DNA from: Clostridia bacterium | GTDB lineage: Bacteria > Bacillota > Clostridia > Oscillospirales > CAG-272 | Assembly (NCBI GenBank): GCA_017504995.1 | Contig: JAFVQC010000048.1 | Location: 58,946 to 122,945, forward strand | Reading direction: 5' to 3' | Length of the DNA stretch: 64,000 bases | Program-made: the position numbers and the translations under genes | Shown here: positions 21,079 to 31,208 of the stretch, one piece after another | Numbering within the stretch: the first letter of the stretch is position 1 | Layout of the letters: each line of letters begins with the position of its first letter | Notes under the pieces: generated by a model | What the model was told of the DNA's origin: nothing | The model's database searches: none | The model's input: only the letters and a program-made list of their open reading frames with translations

Positions 21079-21192
21079 ATGAAGGTTAAACCATCCGTAA
21101 AAAAGATTTGCGAAAAGTGCAAAATCATTAAGAGAAAAGGCAAAGTAATGGTTATCTGCGAGAACCCCAAGCACAAGCAGAAACAGGGCTAA
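21079..21192 (+). CDS. rpmJ: 50S ribosomal protein L36 (not in the ORF track)
   Basis: Hand translation gives [37 protein letters not shown], 37 aa. Confidence 0.95.
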   Translation: MKVKPSVKKICEKCKIIKRKGKVMVICENPKHKQKQG

Positions 21193-21226
21193 GCCGAAAA
21201 ATCTAACAGAGAGGTGAATAAACAGT

Positions 21227-21595
21227 ATGGCTCGTATAGCTGGTGTTGATATTCCGAACAACAAGCGCATGGAGATCGCCCTTACCTACATTTACGGTAT
21301 CGGCCGCAAGAGCTCGAACGATATTCTTGCAAAGACGGGCGTAGATCCCGACAAGCGCGCAAAGGATCTTACCGAGGATGAGATCGCAAAGCTTCGTGAC
21401 GAGATCGAAAACTCTTACACCGTAGAAGGAGATCTGCGTCGTGACGTAGCGCTCAACATCAAGAGAATGGTTGAGATCAACTGCTACCGCGGCATCAGAC
21501 ACAGAAAAGGTCTGCCTGTAAGAGGACAGAGAACCAAAACCAATGCAAGAACCAGAAAAGGTCCTGCAAAGACGATCGCTAACAAGAAGAAATAA
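21227..21595 (+). CDS. rpsM: 30S ribosomal protein S13
   Basis: [14 protein letters not shown].. N-terminus. Confidence 0.97.
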   Translation: MARIAGVDIPNNKRMEIALTYIYGIGRKSSNDILAKTGVDPDKRAKDLTEDEIAKLRDEIENSYTVEGDLRRDVALNIKRMVEINCYRGIRHRKGLPVRGQRTKTNARTRKGPAKTIANKKK

Positions 21596-21607
21596 GGAGG
21601 CAGACAG

Positions 21608-22003
21608 ATGGCTAAAGTTGCTAAGAAAGTTGTCAAGAGACGCCGCGAGAAAAAGAACATTGAAAAAGGCGCGGTTCACATCAGTGCAACTTTCAATAAC
21701 ACAATCATCACGATCACCGACGTTGCCGGAAACGCAATTTCTTGGGCATCCGCAGGTGAGCTTGGCTTCAAGGGTTCCAGAAAGTCCACTCCTTTCGCCG
21801 CTCAGATGGCATCTGAGACTGCGGCAAAGGCAGCAATGGAGCACGGTCTGAAAACCGTTGAGGTTTATGTAAAGGGTCCCGGTTCGGGACGTGAGTCGGC
21901 AATCCGCGCACTGGAGACGGTAGGTCTGTCGATCACCATGATCAAGGACGTAACCCCCGTTCCTCACAACGGATGCAGACCGCCTAAGCGCAGACGCGTT
22001 TAA
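21608..22003 (+). CDS. rpsK: 30S ribosomal protein S11
   Basis: ..[29 protein letters not shown].. Confidence 0.97.
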   Translation: MAKVAKKVVKRRREKKNIEKGAVHISATFNNTIITITDVAGNAISWASAGELGFKGSRKSTPFAAQMASETAAKAAMEHGLKTVEVYVKGPGSGRESAIRALETVGLSITMIKDVTPVPHNGCRPPKRRRV

Positions 22004-22025
22004 TGAAATCAGGAGGTAAAGGAAA

Positions 22026-22652
22026 ATGGCAAGATATACTGGTCCTGTGTGTAAGCTGTGCCGCAGAGAGGGAACGAAGCTGTTCCTGAAGGGCGACAGA
22101 TGCACGTCGGGTAAGTGCGCGATTGACCGCAGATCGACTGCTCCCGGTCAGCATGGCGCGGCAAACAAGAAGCAGAGAGAGTACGGAATGCAGCTTCGTG
22201 AGAAGCAGAAGACCAGAAGATACTACGGCGTTCTGGAGAAGCAGTTCAAGAACTACTTCGCAGAGGCTGATCGCAAAGAGGGCATGACGGGTGAGAACCT
22301 GTTGAAGCTTATCGAGCGCCGTCTGGACAACGTAGTATACAGAATGGGTATGGCAGAGAGCCGCAAGGAAGCTCGTCAGCTCGTTCTTCATGAGCATTTC
22401 GAGTTGAACGGCAAGAAGGTAAACATTCCTTCCATCATCGTCAGCGCAGGCGACGAGATCAAGGTAAGAGAGAACTTCCGTTCTTCCGCAAAGTGCAAGG
22501 CTCTGGCAGAGGGTCTGCAGACCAAGATCGCTCCCAAGTGGTTGGCTGTTGATAAGAACAATCTCTCCGCAAAGGTAGTAGCGCTGCCCGCAAGAGAAGA
22601 TATCGATTTCGAGATCAACGAGCAGCTGATCGTCGAGCTTTACTCCAAGTAA
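22026..22652 (+). CDS. rpsD: 30S ribosomal protein S4
   Basis: [16 protein letters not shown].. plus an S4 RNA-binding domain. Confidence 0.97.
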   Translation: MARYTGPVCKLCRREGTKLFLKGDRCTSGKCAIDRRSTAPGQHGAANKKQREYGMQLREKQKTRRYYGVLEKQFKNYFAEADRKEGMTGENLLKLIERRLDNVVYRMGMAESRKEARQLVLHEHFELNGKKVNIPSIIVSAGDEIKVRENFRSSAKCKALAEGLQTKIAPKWLAVDKNNLSAKVVALPAREDIDFEINEQLIVELYSK

Positions 22653-22781
22653 TCAACGCCCTTTATTGATATGGCACGTTGCCGTATCAATAAAACCGGC
22701 GTCGGGAGTTGAAAGACGAACGGCACCGGTCAGGTTATCCTTGTTGCATAACGAAAATATTATTAGGAGGGTTTATTTGGA

Positions 22782-23756
22782 ATGATCGAGATTGAAAAGC
22801 CCAATATCACAGCGGTTAGTCTGAATGAAGACGGAACGGTCGGTAAATTTATCGTAGAGCCCTTAGAGCGTGGATTTGGTATTACGCTGGGTAACTCCCT
22901 GCGCAGAATCATGCTCAGCTCGCTTCCCGGATACGCTGTAACCAATATTAAAATTGACGGCGTACTCCACGAGTTCTCCACGATCCCCGGAGTAACCGAG
23001 GACGTCACGGAGATCGTACTCAACGTCAAAGGCATCATTGCAAAGCTGCACGGAAACGCACCCAAGACCGTCGTAATCGACGTGATCGGCGAGCAGGAAG
23101 TGACGGCAGGTGACATCAAGGTAGATTCGGATATTGAGATTCTGAACCCCGCGCACCACATCTGTACGGTAGGAGAGAATGACAGATTCTATATGGAGCT
23201 GACCTTCGACCACGGCAGAGGATACGTGTCGCAGGAACGGAATAAGCAATTGGACGCGCAGATGCGCGGATCCAGCATTTCCGCCCCCATCGGAACAATC
23301 TTTACCGATTCGATCTACACACCTGTATATAACGTAAGCTTTTCGGTAGAGAATACCCGTGTGGGTAACATCACCGACTTTGATAAGCTTGTGATCGAAG
23401 TGGAGACCAACGGAACGATTACCGCAAAGGAAGCAGTTTCCTTTGGCGCCAAGATTCTCAACGAGCATCTCAACTTGTTTGTAGATTTGTCTGATGACGC
23501 AAAGAACGTAGAAATTCTGGTTGAAAGAGAAGAGACCAAGAAGGAAAAGGTTCTTGAGATGACCATTGAGGAGCTTGACATGTCCGTGCGTAGCTTCAAC
23601 TGCTTGAAGCGCGCGGGCATTGATACCGTAGAGGATCTGACAAACCGTACCGAGGAGGACATGATCAAGGTCCGTAATCTCGGAAAGAAATCTCTTGAAG
23701 AAGTGATTCAGAAGTTGCATTCCTTGGGTCTGGAGCTCAGAAAAGAAGAGGACTGA
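22782..23756 (+). CDS. rpoA: DNA-directed RNA polymerase subunit alpha
   Basis: 324 aa. ..[14 protein letters not shown].. and the C-terminal ..[16 protein letters not shown].. helix-hairpin-helix. Confidence 0.97.
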   Translation: MIEIEKPNITAVSLNEDGTVGKFIVEPLERGFGITLGNSLRRIMLSSLPGYAVTNIKIDGVLHEFSTIPGVTEDVTEIVLNVKGIIAKLHGNAPKTVVIDVIGEQEVTAGDIKVDSDIEILNPAHHICTVGENDRFYMELTFDHGRGYVSQERNKQLDAQMRGSSISAPIGTIFTDSIYTPVYNVSFSVENTRVGNITDFDKLVIEVETNGTITAKEAVSFGAKILNEHLNLFVDLSDDAKNVEILVEREETKKEKVLEMTIEELDMSVRSFNCLKRAGIDTVEDLTNRTEEDMIKVRNLGKKSLEEVIQKLHSLGLELRKEED

Positions 23757-23826
23757 GACCCTGTGGAGGGAGACTCCGCATGAATGCAAAGGATTAGTTT
23801 GAAATACGGCAAAGGAGGGAAAGAAG

Positions 23827-24228
23827 ATGCCCGGAACAAGAAAACTCGGCAGACCTACCGCGCACAGAAACGCAATGCTTCGCGGTATGGTAACCTTGCT
23901 GCTGGAGAACGGACAGGTAGAGACGACGCTCTCAAGAGCAAAGGAAGTCCGTTCCATGGCTGAAAAAATGATTACGCTTGGCAAGAAGAATACGCTTGCC
24001 AGCCGCCGCGCTGCATTGGCATACATTACGAAGGAGGACGTTGTCACGAAGGTGTTCAGCGAGCTTGCTCCTCTGTATGCAGAGCGCAACGGTGGATATA
24101 CGCAAATCTTCAAGCTCGGACCTCGCAGAGGAGACGGCGCGGAGATGGCGATCGTGAAGCTGATCGATTACGTAAAGCCTGAAGCAAAGGATAGCAAGAA
24201 GAAGGAAAAGAAAGCAGACGCTGAATAA
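23827..24228 (+). CDS. rplQ: 50S ribosomal protein L17
   Basis: [15 protein letters not shown].. motif. Last gene of the alpha operon. Confidence 0.96.
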   Translation: MPGTRKLGRPTAHRNAMLRGMVTLLLENGQVETTLSRAKEVRSMAEKMITLGKKNTLASRRAALAYITKEDVVTKVFSELAPLYAERNGGYTQIFKLGPRRGDGAEMAIVKLIDYVKPEAKDSKKKEKKADAE

Positions 24229-24245
24229 TTCCTCTTCTGAAGCAA

Positions 24246-24288
24246 AAAGCCGCATAGAGAAGCCGAAAGGGTTCTCTATGCGGTTTTT
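24246..24288 (+). terminator. intrinsic terminator of the alpha operon
   Basis: CCGCATAGAGAA (24250-24261) / TTCTCTATGCGG (24272-24283) followed by TTTTT. Confidence 0.85.
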
Positions 24289-24375
24289 GGTTGATTCGTT
24301 AAAATTGCCCCTGCGTACGATAGGACGGCAAACTTGCATCGTTCGCCGTTTCTTTACGGTTGATCTTTGTTTTTT

Positions 24376-24522
24376 CGGGAGGAGCAAGCCCCTCCCCTAC
24401 CTCGTATGGTGGTAGTTCAAAAGCGAATTGCAATCCGTTTTATTCGTAAAACGCGAAAGAAAAACTGAATGCTATCATTAAAACAAACAAAAAAGCGGTA
24501 GGGGAGGGGCTTGCTCCTCCCG
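24376..24522. repeat. perfect 26-nt inverted repeat pair flanking 95 nt (GTAGGG family)
   Basis: CGGGAGGAGCAAGCCCCTCCCCTACC (24376-24401) is the exact reverse complement of 24497-24522. Confidence 0.8.
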
Positions 24523-24554
24523 CTTGTTGTCAAAAAAAAGACGAGGAAATTGAC

Positions 24555-24649
24555 GGGCGAGCAGGAACAATATGAAATTCAAGAAATTGCGCGCAAGTTC
24601 TTGAAGGGAGTTTGAGGGGAACTTCTCGAAAGAAGTTCCCCTCAACGCG
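24555..24649 (-). repeat. copy 2 of the ~95-nt double-hairpin repeat
   Basis: 7 mismatches in 95 nt versus 31834-31928 by hand alignment. It lies 10 nt past the stop of the minus-strand gene 24659-25183. Confidence 0.85.
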
Positions 24650-24658
24650 TTTTTTGTC

Positions 24659-25183
24659 CTATTTCAATATAATATGATACGCTGATAGATCGGGCTTTTG
24701 GACGGATTCCCATTGTTCCTGCGTGCCACAGAAGCGGATCGTTTGCAAATCGGGAAGCTGTGAGAGCGCGTCCGACGCGATCCGTTGCAGCGTTGCGGGA
24801 AGCTCCAATTCGACGATGCCCTTGCCTGCATCGTCAAGAGCGCCGCAAAATTCCACCACGTCCAGCCACAGAAGCCGTCGGGGCAGGGAAACTGTCGTTT
24901 CATCGTTGACACGCTTCGTTACGGTGACTGCCAGACCGTCGGCGACCCGACGCTGAGACAGCCCCAACTGCTTTTTCAGCTCGTCGCCAAGGCAATATCG
25001 ATAGATCAGCGCGGTCAATATGGCGGCAAGCACGCCGTATAGCACCTTGACGTAGACCGCGATGGCAACCGAAACGGCGCAAAGAAAGGCGCAACCGATC
25101 ACCAAAAACAAATAAAAATTTTCAAAGCTCCGCAACCGCGCCTTGGGGGCTTGAATTGCCGAATTTGTCAAGGGCTGTTTCAT
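24659..25183 (-). CDS. hypothetical membrane protein with a short leucine-rich-repeat-like C-terminal segment
   Basis: 174 aa. Two hydrophobic helices, then ..ELELPATLQRIASDALSQLPDLQTIRF... AAGGAG RBS. Likely co-transcribed with mreB. Confidence 0.6.
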   Translation of the reverse strand: MKQPLTNSAIQAPKARLRSFENFYLFLVIGCAFLCAVSVAIAVYVKVLYGVLAAILTALIYRYCLGDELKKQLGLSQRRVADGLAVTVTKRVNDETTVSLPRRLLWLDVVEFCGALDDAGKGIVELELPATLQRIASDALSQLPDLQTIRFCGTQEQWESVQKPDLSAYHIILK

Positions 25184-25195
25184 ATCTCGTCTCCT

Positions 25196-26203
25196 TTATC
25201 GCTCCCGATAATGCAAAAATTCCTCGGGCATATTCGTTTGATTGATGACACGGAAAATTCCGTTGCATACGCTCTCCATGGGGCGTTTGGCAAAGCGTAC
25301 CCGAAGTCCCGTTCGTTCGTGAAGCAGCTTGCCAAGACCGGGAAGGAGACTGCCGCCGCCCGTCAGCATCATGCCGAAGTCGTACAGATCGGAAGAAATT
25401 TCGGGGGGCGTTTGTTCCAAGGTCTGCTTGATGGTCAGTACGATCTGATCCAACTGAGGAGCGATGGCTTCCCGTACCTCCGCCGAGGTGATCTCTACCG
25501 TCGCGCCCATACGCCGATGCAGGCTCATGCCGCAGACGGGGAAGCTTCCCCGATCCAGCTCGGGGTGCGCTACGCCCACGCGGAGCTTTAGCTCCTCTGC
25601 CGTTCCGTCGCCGATGAGCAACCCCCGTGTGCGCCGCAGATGCGCCACGATGGCACGATCCAGCTCGTCTCCCGCCACGCGAAGAGAGCGAGAGGCGACG
25701 ATGCCGCCCATGCTGATGACCGCTACCTCGGTGGTTCCGCCGCCGATATCGACGATCATCATGCCGCGAGAGCCGCCCAAGGGCAAGCCGATGCCCAGCG
25801 CCGCCGCAATGGGCTCTTCCATCAGAGAAACCTTTCTTGCGCCCGCTTCAAAGGCGGCGTCCTCCATGGCGCGTTTCTCCACCTCGGTCACTCCGTGGGG
25901 AATGCACGCCACCACCAAGGGACGGCTGAAGGTCGAGATCGCGCCGATGGAGCGAAAATAATTTCGGAGCATACCCGCCGTCACGTCGGCATCGGTGATC
26001 ACGCCGTCTTGTAGAGGGCGAAACGCGAGAATGCCCTCGGGGGTCTTTCCCAGCATGCGCTTTGCTTCCGCGCCCTGGGTGAGGATTTCCCGACTTTCCC
26101 GATGGATCGCCACCACCGAGGGGGAACGGATCACGATCCCTTCGCCTCTGAGGCAGATCAGCGTGTTGGCTGTGCCCAGATCTACGCCTACCGTCTTTGC
26201 CAT
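25196..26203 (-). CDS. mreB: rod shape-determining protein MreB/Mbl family
   Basis: MAKTVGVDLGTANTLI.., DIGGGTTEVAV, actin-fold phosphate motifs. Confidence 0.93.
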   Translation of the reverse strand: MAKTVGVDLGTANTLICLRGEGIVIRSPSVVAIHRESREILTQGAEAKRMLGKTPEGILAFRPLQDGVITDADVTAGMLRNYFRSIGAISTFSRPLVVACIPHGVTEVEKRAMEDAAFEAGARKVSLMEEPIAAALGIGLPLGGSRGMMIVDIGGGTTEVAVISMGGIVASRSLRVAGDELDRAIVAHLRRTRGLLIGDGTAEELKLRVGVAHPELDRGSFPVCGMSLHRRMGATVEITSAEVREAIAPQLDQIVLTIKQTLEQTPPEISSDLYDFGMMLTGGGSLLPGLGKLLHERTGLRVRFAKRPMESVCNGIFRVINQTNMPEEFLHYRER

Positions 26204-26243
26204 GGTATACTCCTTTCTTTCTTATTTTTGAGGGAGTTTTTTC

Positions 26244-26843
26244 TTATCCCAGAAATTCACCCGTTACCGAGAAGAACAGGTGATTCAGCGCGTTGACGGG
26301 CAGTCCTACCACGTTGAAATAGCAGCCGTCGATTCCCACGATCCACTTGGAGAATGCGCCCTGTATGCCGTACGCCCCCGCCTTGTCCAAGGGGTCGCCG
26401 CTTTCTACGTAACGGGACAGCTCCTCCTCGGGGATCCAGTCCACGCGTACGCGGGTCACACAGCTTGCCGTGTGGGTCACGCCACCAACGGTCACGCCGA
26501 TTCCCGTCACCACTACATGCTCTCTGCCCCGAAGCAGACGGAGCATTCGCAACGCGTCGGACGCGTTCTTGGGCTTGCCCAGAATTTCTCTTTCAGTCGC
26601 TACTACCGTGTCGGCGGAGAGGATCACCGCGTCGGTATCGTCCACGCCTTCTTTCAGCTTCAATTTGATCTGCGCCCACGCCGCCTGCCCCTTTCTTCGG
26701 GCAAGCTCCTCGGCATACGCGCAAGGCTCGGGCAGATGGCAGGTCTCGTCGGTATCCGCCGCAAGGACGGTAAACGATACGCCCAGCCCCTCCAAAATTT
26801 CACGCCGCCGTGGGGACGCGGAGGCAAGAATCAGCTTGGTCAT
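26244..26843 (-). CDS. maf: Maf-like nucleoside triphosphate pyrophosphatase
   Basis: MTKLILASASPRRREIL..DTVV..GKP..AYGIQG. Start at the internal Met (26843). Confidence 0.9.
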   Translation of the reverse strand: MTKLILASASPRRREILEGLGVSFTVLAADTDETCHLPEPCAYAEELARRKGQAAWAQIKLKLKEGVDDTDAVILSADTVVATEREILGKPKNASDALRMLRLLRGREHVVVTGIGVTVGGVTHTASCVTRVRVDWIPEEELSRYVESGDPLDKAGAYGIQGAFSKWIVGIDGCYFNVVGLPVNALNHLFFSVTGEFLG

Positions 26844-27036
26844 CACGGGTTCTCCATTCGTTTTTTCTATCATTGGAAAGTGCGTACAAAACTCCACAAT
26901 ACTCTATTATATCATTATAACACAGATTTTTGCTTTTTGCAAGTGGTAAAGAGGGTGTTTTATCGGAAAGCGCATACTTTTCGCAGAAATAAAAAACGAT
27001 GGGGCGCAAGATCGAACCCCATCGTATGTAAGTAGC

Positions 27037-28404
27037 TTATTTTAATTTTTTCATTTCGCCTTTTTTGAATTTAAAGTGATAGATATAGAACGTGAAGGCA
27101 ACGTTGAGCAAAAGCAGGAGCAGCCACGACACGGTAAAGCATTGGCAAAGCACCTCGAAGGTGGGGCATTTGGGATAGACGAGCTCCGTCCAGAAAATGC
27201 GGAAGCAAAGAACGGAGAATACGGAATTGACGGTAGACAGCAGGGAATAGCCGAAGGTCTGGAGCAGGCGGCTCAAGCAGGTATTCGCACAGGAGATGCA
27301 GTAAAGCTGCAAGACGTACCGCATTCGTGTTTTTGCAGCCACGATCGCCGCTTCCTCGGAGACGAACAGCGAGATCAACGGACGGGAAAGGACGGTGCAA
27401 ATCACGCTAAAGCAAACGCCCAAAGCGACCGAGATGGAAATACAGTACGCCACCGATTTTTTGACTCGATCGTGCTTTCCCGCACCGAGGTTTTGCCCCG
27501 CAAAGCCTGTAATGGAATTCGCCATTGGTGTGGCTACCACCGTTGCTACGATGCTCTCAATATTTGCCATTGCGGTGTTGCCCGCGATGGTTGCCGCGCC
27601 GAAGGAGTTGATCTGTGTCTGGATCTGGAGATTCGACAGAGGGTACAGGGCGGTCGCCAAGCCCACGGGAGCGCCCTGCGCAAGGATTTTTCGGCAGGCG
27701 GAGAAGCTCCACCTCATTTCCGAGAAGCGCAGGCGGCAAGGTCCTTCCATGCGGAAGAGCTGACGGGTCACGAGCAATGCGCCCACCAGCTGGGATACTG
27801 CCGTTGCGATGGCGACGGCGGCAACCTTCTGCTCCAGCACCATACAAAGCGCAAGATTCAAAACGAAATTCAAACCGCCCGACACCAGCATATAATACAT
27901 GGGTCGTTGGGTATCCCCCGCTACCGCGAGAATCGCAGAGCCGAAATTATACAAGAGGATTACGGGAGATGCCAGCAGATAAACCCGCATATAGATCAGC
28001 GCGCCCTCGTAGCATTCGGTGGGGCATTTGGTGATATCCAGAAAGGCAGGGGCGAAAATGAAGCCCAATATGCCTGTGAGAACACCGATCAGAAGCGACA
28101 GATAGACAGAGGTAGCGCAGGCGGCTTTGATCCTTTTTTGATCCCCCGCGCCAATGAGTCTTGCAAGAACCACGCGCGTGCCTACCGAAATGCCGAAAAA
28201 GGAGTCGATCAGCAGATGAATGATGGAATTCGATGCTCCTACCGATGCCACGGCGTCCGTATCGGCAACCCAGCCAAGAACCATGATGTCCACCGCGCCG
28301 AACAGCTTTTGCACCAGACCCATCAAAAGGATCGGGATTGCGTACCGAATGATCGCGGGCAGAAGCGGTCCTTCCAGCATATTGACGTTTTTGATTTTTG
28401 TCAC
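27037..28404 (-). CDS. MATE family efflux transporter
   Basis: 455 aa, 12 predicted TM segments. N-terminal ..GPLLPAIIRYAIPILLMGLVQ.. is typical of MATE/NorM-like proteins. Confidence 0.85.
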   Translation of the reverse strand: MTKIKNVNMLEGPLLPAIIRYAIPILLMGLVQKLFGAVDIMVLGWVADTDAVASVGASNSIIHLLIDSFFGISVGTRVVLARLIGAGDQKRIKAACATSVYLSLLIGVLTGILGFIFAPAFLDITKCPTECYEGALIYMRVYLLASPVILLYNFGSAILAVAGDTQRPMYYMLVSGGLNFVLNLALCMVLEQKVAAVAIATAVSQLVGALLVTRQLFRMEGPCRLRFSEMRWSFSACRKILAQGAPVGLATALYPLSNLQIQTQINSFGAATIAGNTAMANIESIVATVVATPMANSITGFAGQNLGAGKHDRVKKSVAYCISISVALGVCFSVICTVLSRPLISLFVSEEAAIVAAKTRMRYVLQLYCISCANTCLSRLLQTFGYSLLSTVNSVFSVLCFRIFWTELVYPKCPTFEVLCQCFTVSWLLLLLLNVAFTFYIYHFKFKKGEMKKLK

Positions 28405-28428
28405 GTTTCTCGCCTCTTTTCGAATCGG

Positions 28429-29598
28429 TTATCCGTTGCTTTCCTTTTTTAAGGCTGCTTCCGTCCCACAATCCGCAAGGAACTGCTTGAAGATTTTCAC
28501 GCCGATCTCCAAGGCGTCCTCGTCCAGATCAAAACGATCGGTATGTGGACCGTTGACAATGCCGCGCTTCTCGTTGCGCACGCCCAAACGAAACATACAG
28601 CCCGACTTTCTTTGGGCAAAGTAGGCAAAATCTTCGCCACCCATGGCTCTGCGATTGTTTTTGACTTGCTCCTCGCCCACTACTGCCGCCGCCGCTATTC
28701 TGACGCGTTCCGTCAAAATCGGATCGTTATATACGATGGGGTAATGCTTGCGAGGTTCAAAGGAAAAGCTGCCGCCCGCAATCGAGGCAAGGCTTTCTCC
28801 GATGCGCTTGATCTTGTCGATGATTTTTCCTGCGAGCTCCTCGTTCCACGTGCGCAAGGTGCAATACATGGAGCATTGCTCGGCAATAATATTATTTGCC
28901 GTACCGCCCTGAATCGTTCCCGCGTTGAAGATTACCCGTTCCTTTACCGCGATCTCCTTGGCGATCATTAGCTCGATGGCAGTATACGCCTGTACCGCCA
29001 TCTGGATTGCGTCTATACCGCGCTCCTGATTACCCGCGTGAGCGCTCTTGCCGAAAAATCCCAGTACGAAGCCGTCGCTGATGGCATTTTGCTCGTAGGG
29101 AGTAATGGCGATGGTTCCTGCGCTGAATCCCGTATCACAATGTAACGCTACGATGCAGTCGATGTCGTCCATTACGCCGTCCTCTGCCATGAGCTTTGCC
29201 CCCGAGGGCGCGTATTCCTCTGCGCTCTGGAATAAAAATTTGATCCGAAAATCAAAGGAGTCTCTTTCCTCGTATATTTCCTTCAGCGTTGCCAACGCGA
29301 TCGCCGTATGGGCGTCGTGACCGCAGGCGTGCATCTGTCCGTCGATCCGAGAGCAATACTCGACCTCGTTCTTTTCGTGGATCGGAAGGGCGTCGATATC
29401 GGCGCGGATTCCCACGGTAAAGTGGCTTTTTTCGGGATTCACCGTCGCGACGATACTGCTTTTTCCGTACTCCTCGGTATAGGGGACGCCGATGGCGTCC
29501 AACTCTCGGCGAAGGAGCGCCAGCGTGCGGGGAAGATCAAAGCCTATCTCGGGATATTGATGCAATTCGCGGCGGATTCGGACGGCGTAAGCATTCAT
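28429..29598 (-). CDS. M20 family amidohydrolase (N-acyl-amino acid amidohydrolase-like)
   Basis: 389 aa. ..LHQYPEIGF.., ..MHACGHDAH.., ..FQSAEE.. metal-binding motifs. Confidence 0.85.
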   Translation of the reverse strand: MNAYAVRIRRELHQYPEIGFDLPRTLALLRRELDAIGVPYTEEYGKSSIVATVNPEKSHFTVGIRADIDALPIHEKNEVEYCSRIDGQMHACGHDAHTAIALATLKEIYEERDSFDFRIKFLFQSAEEYAPSGAKLMAEDGVMDDIDCIVALHCDTGFSAGTIAITPYEQNAISDGFVLGFFGKSAHAGNQERGIDAIQMAVQAYTAIELMIAKEIAVKERVIFNAGTIQGGTANNIIAEQCSMYCTLRTWNEELAGKIIDKIKRIGESLASIAGGSFSFEPRKHYPIVYNDPILTERVRIAAAAVVGEEQVKNNRRAMGGEDFAYFAQRKSGCMFRLGVRNEKRGIVNGPHTDRFDLDEDALEIGVKIFKQFLADCGTEAALKKESNG

Positions 29599-29635
29599 GA
29601 CAAAAGTCTCCTCAAAACAAAAATCAAGATTTGAC

Positions 29636-29664
29636 TTGATTATATCACAAAATCATGATATAAT
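29636..29664 (+). promoter_or_regulatory. sigma-A type promoter upstream of hemW
   Basis: TTGATT (29636-29641), 17-nt spacer, TGaTATAAT (29656-29664). Confidence 0.6.
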
Positions 29665-29705
29665 CAAGTCAAATGAAAATTTTTCGACGAAAGAAGGCGG
29701 TTTTT

Positions 29706-30857
29706 ATGAAGCGGAGTCTGGGGCTTTATCTGCATATTCCTTTTTGTATTCAAAAATGTCTGTATTGCGATTTTTGTTCCTTTCCCAAGGCAACCGAAGC
29801 GAGCATGACCTCCTATGCCAAGGAGCTTTGCCGCCGTCTTGAACGGGCGGCAGGGCGGTGCGAGGAATATCGGGTGGATACCGTCTATTTCGGCGGTGGC
29901 ACGCCTACGCTGCTCCCCCTTTCCGCCATGGAATCGATCCTTGACTGTATCCGAACGCGCTACGACCTTGCCCCTGACGCGGAGATCACCTGCGAGTGCA
30001 ATCCCGCAAGTGCCGACGGCGAAAAGCTTTCCGCCCTTCGCCGCATGGGGATCAACCGTTTGAGTCTTGGGCTGCAAAGCGTTCATGATAGCGAGCTTGC
30101 CCTTCTCGGTCGGGCGCACGACTACGGCGAATTCCTTGCCACCTTCGGGCAGGCGAGAGAGGCGGGCTTTGAGAATATCAGCGTGGATCTGATGTACGGC
30201 ATTCCCGATCAGACCCTTGAAAGCTTTCGCGCGTCGCTTCGTACCGTTGCCGCCTTGTCGCCCGAGCATATTTCCGCCTACGGACTCAAGGTCGAGGAAG
30301 GCACGCCCTTCTTTCGCATGGCAGACCGTCTCGTTCTTCCCGACGAGGATACCGAATTTAAAATGTATGAGGCAATGACGGATATTTTAGGAGAATACGG
30401 ATATGCTAAATACGAGATCAGCAACTTTGCCAAGGCGGGAAGGGAATCTCGGCACAACCTGCGGTACTGGCGGCGAGAGCCATACCTTGGCTTTGGCGTT
30501 GCCGCCCATTCTTGCTTTGAGGGGGAGCGATTCGGGAATTCCCGTGATCTTGATGCGTTCCTTCGGGGAGAGGATATTACCGCCGAGAGAGAACGGCTGG
30601 ACGATATCGACGAGAGGGACGAGTACCTTTTTTTGGGACTTCGACTGGCAAGCGGGATCGACCTTGCTGATTATCGGCGGCGTTTTGGGGCGTTCTTCCG
30701 AGAGGTGTATCCACAAGCCGACGCGCTTCTTGCCGCGGGTTATCTGAAAACCGACGGCGAGAGAATCGCCTTTACCGACAAGGGTTTTTTCGTCAGCAAT
30801 ACGATCCTTGCCGAGCTTATGGCGCAGAACGAGAGAAAATTTTCAAAAAACTGTTGA
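29706..30857 (+). CDS. hemW: radical SAM heme chaperone HemW / coproporphyrinogen III oxidase-like protein
   Basis: LGLYLHIPFCIQKCLYCDF radical-SAM CxxxCxxC. Start is uncertain: 29706 is preferred, and 29673 would be nearly leaderless. Confidence 0.85.
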   Translation: MKRSLGLYLHIPFCIQKCLYCDFCSFPKATEASMTSYAKELCRRLERAAGRCEEYRVDTVYFGGGTPTLLPLSAMESILDCIRTRYDLAPDAEITCECNPASADGEKLSALRRMGINRLSLGLQSVHDSELALLGRAHDYGEFLATFGQAREAGFENISVDLMYGIPDQTLESFRASLRTVAALSPEHISAYGLKVEEGTPFFRMADRLVLPDEDTEFKMYEAMTDILGEYGYAKYEISNFAKAGRESRHNLRYWRREPYLGFGVAAHSCFEGERFGNSRDLDAFLRGEDITAERERLDDIDERDEYLFLGLRLASGIDLADYRRRFGAFFREVYPQADALLAAGYLKTDGERIAFTDKGFFVSNTILAELMAQNERKFSKNC

Positions 30858-30914
30858 CTTTCGGCGCACAATAGGATACAATAATAACAGAATATCCCCC
30901 GAAAGGAGCTTGAA

Positions 30915-31208
30915 ATGGACGATAAGATTTTGGAAAACGATTACTTTACCCTCACCGACGAGGACGGAAACGATATCGAATTTGAACTGATCGGTCAGTG
31001 CGAACGGAACGGCGAGCGTTACTTCGCCATGATCCCCGTAGAGGACGAAGGGAACACCGACGACGGCGTTTGCGAATACATCATTCTGAAGCTTGCCAAG
31101 GACGGCGATGAGGAGATCCTCGTAACCGTGGACGACGACGATGAGCTGGACGACGTTGCCGATTACTTCGACGACCTCTTTTCTCAGGAAATCGATTACG
31201 ATAATTGA
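30915..31208 (+). CDS. DUF1292 domain-containing protein
   Basis: 97 aa, acidic. ..FTLTDEDGNDIEFELIGQCERNGERYFAMIP.. is typical of DUF1292. Confidence 0.8.
   Translation: MDDKILENDYFTLTDEDGNDIEFELIGQCERNGERYFAMIPVEDEGNTDDGVCEYIILKLAKDGDEEILVTVDDDDELDDVADYFDDLFSQEIDYDN

Noticed and set aside
29673-29705. ATG 29673 as the hemW start
   Set aside because: It lies only ~2 nt from the predicted transcription start and adds an atypical MKIFRRKKAVF extension. ATG 29706 gives the usual short N-terminus before LYxHIPFC. The question is not fully resolved.
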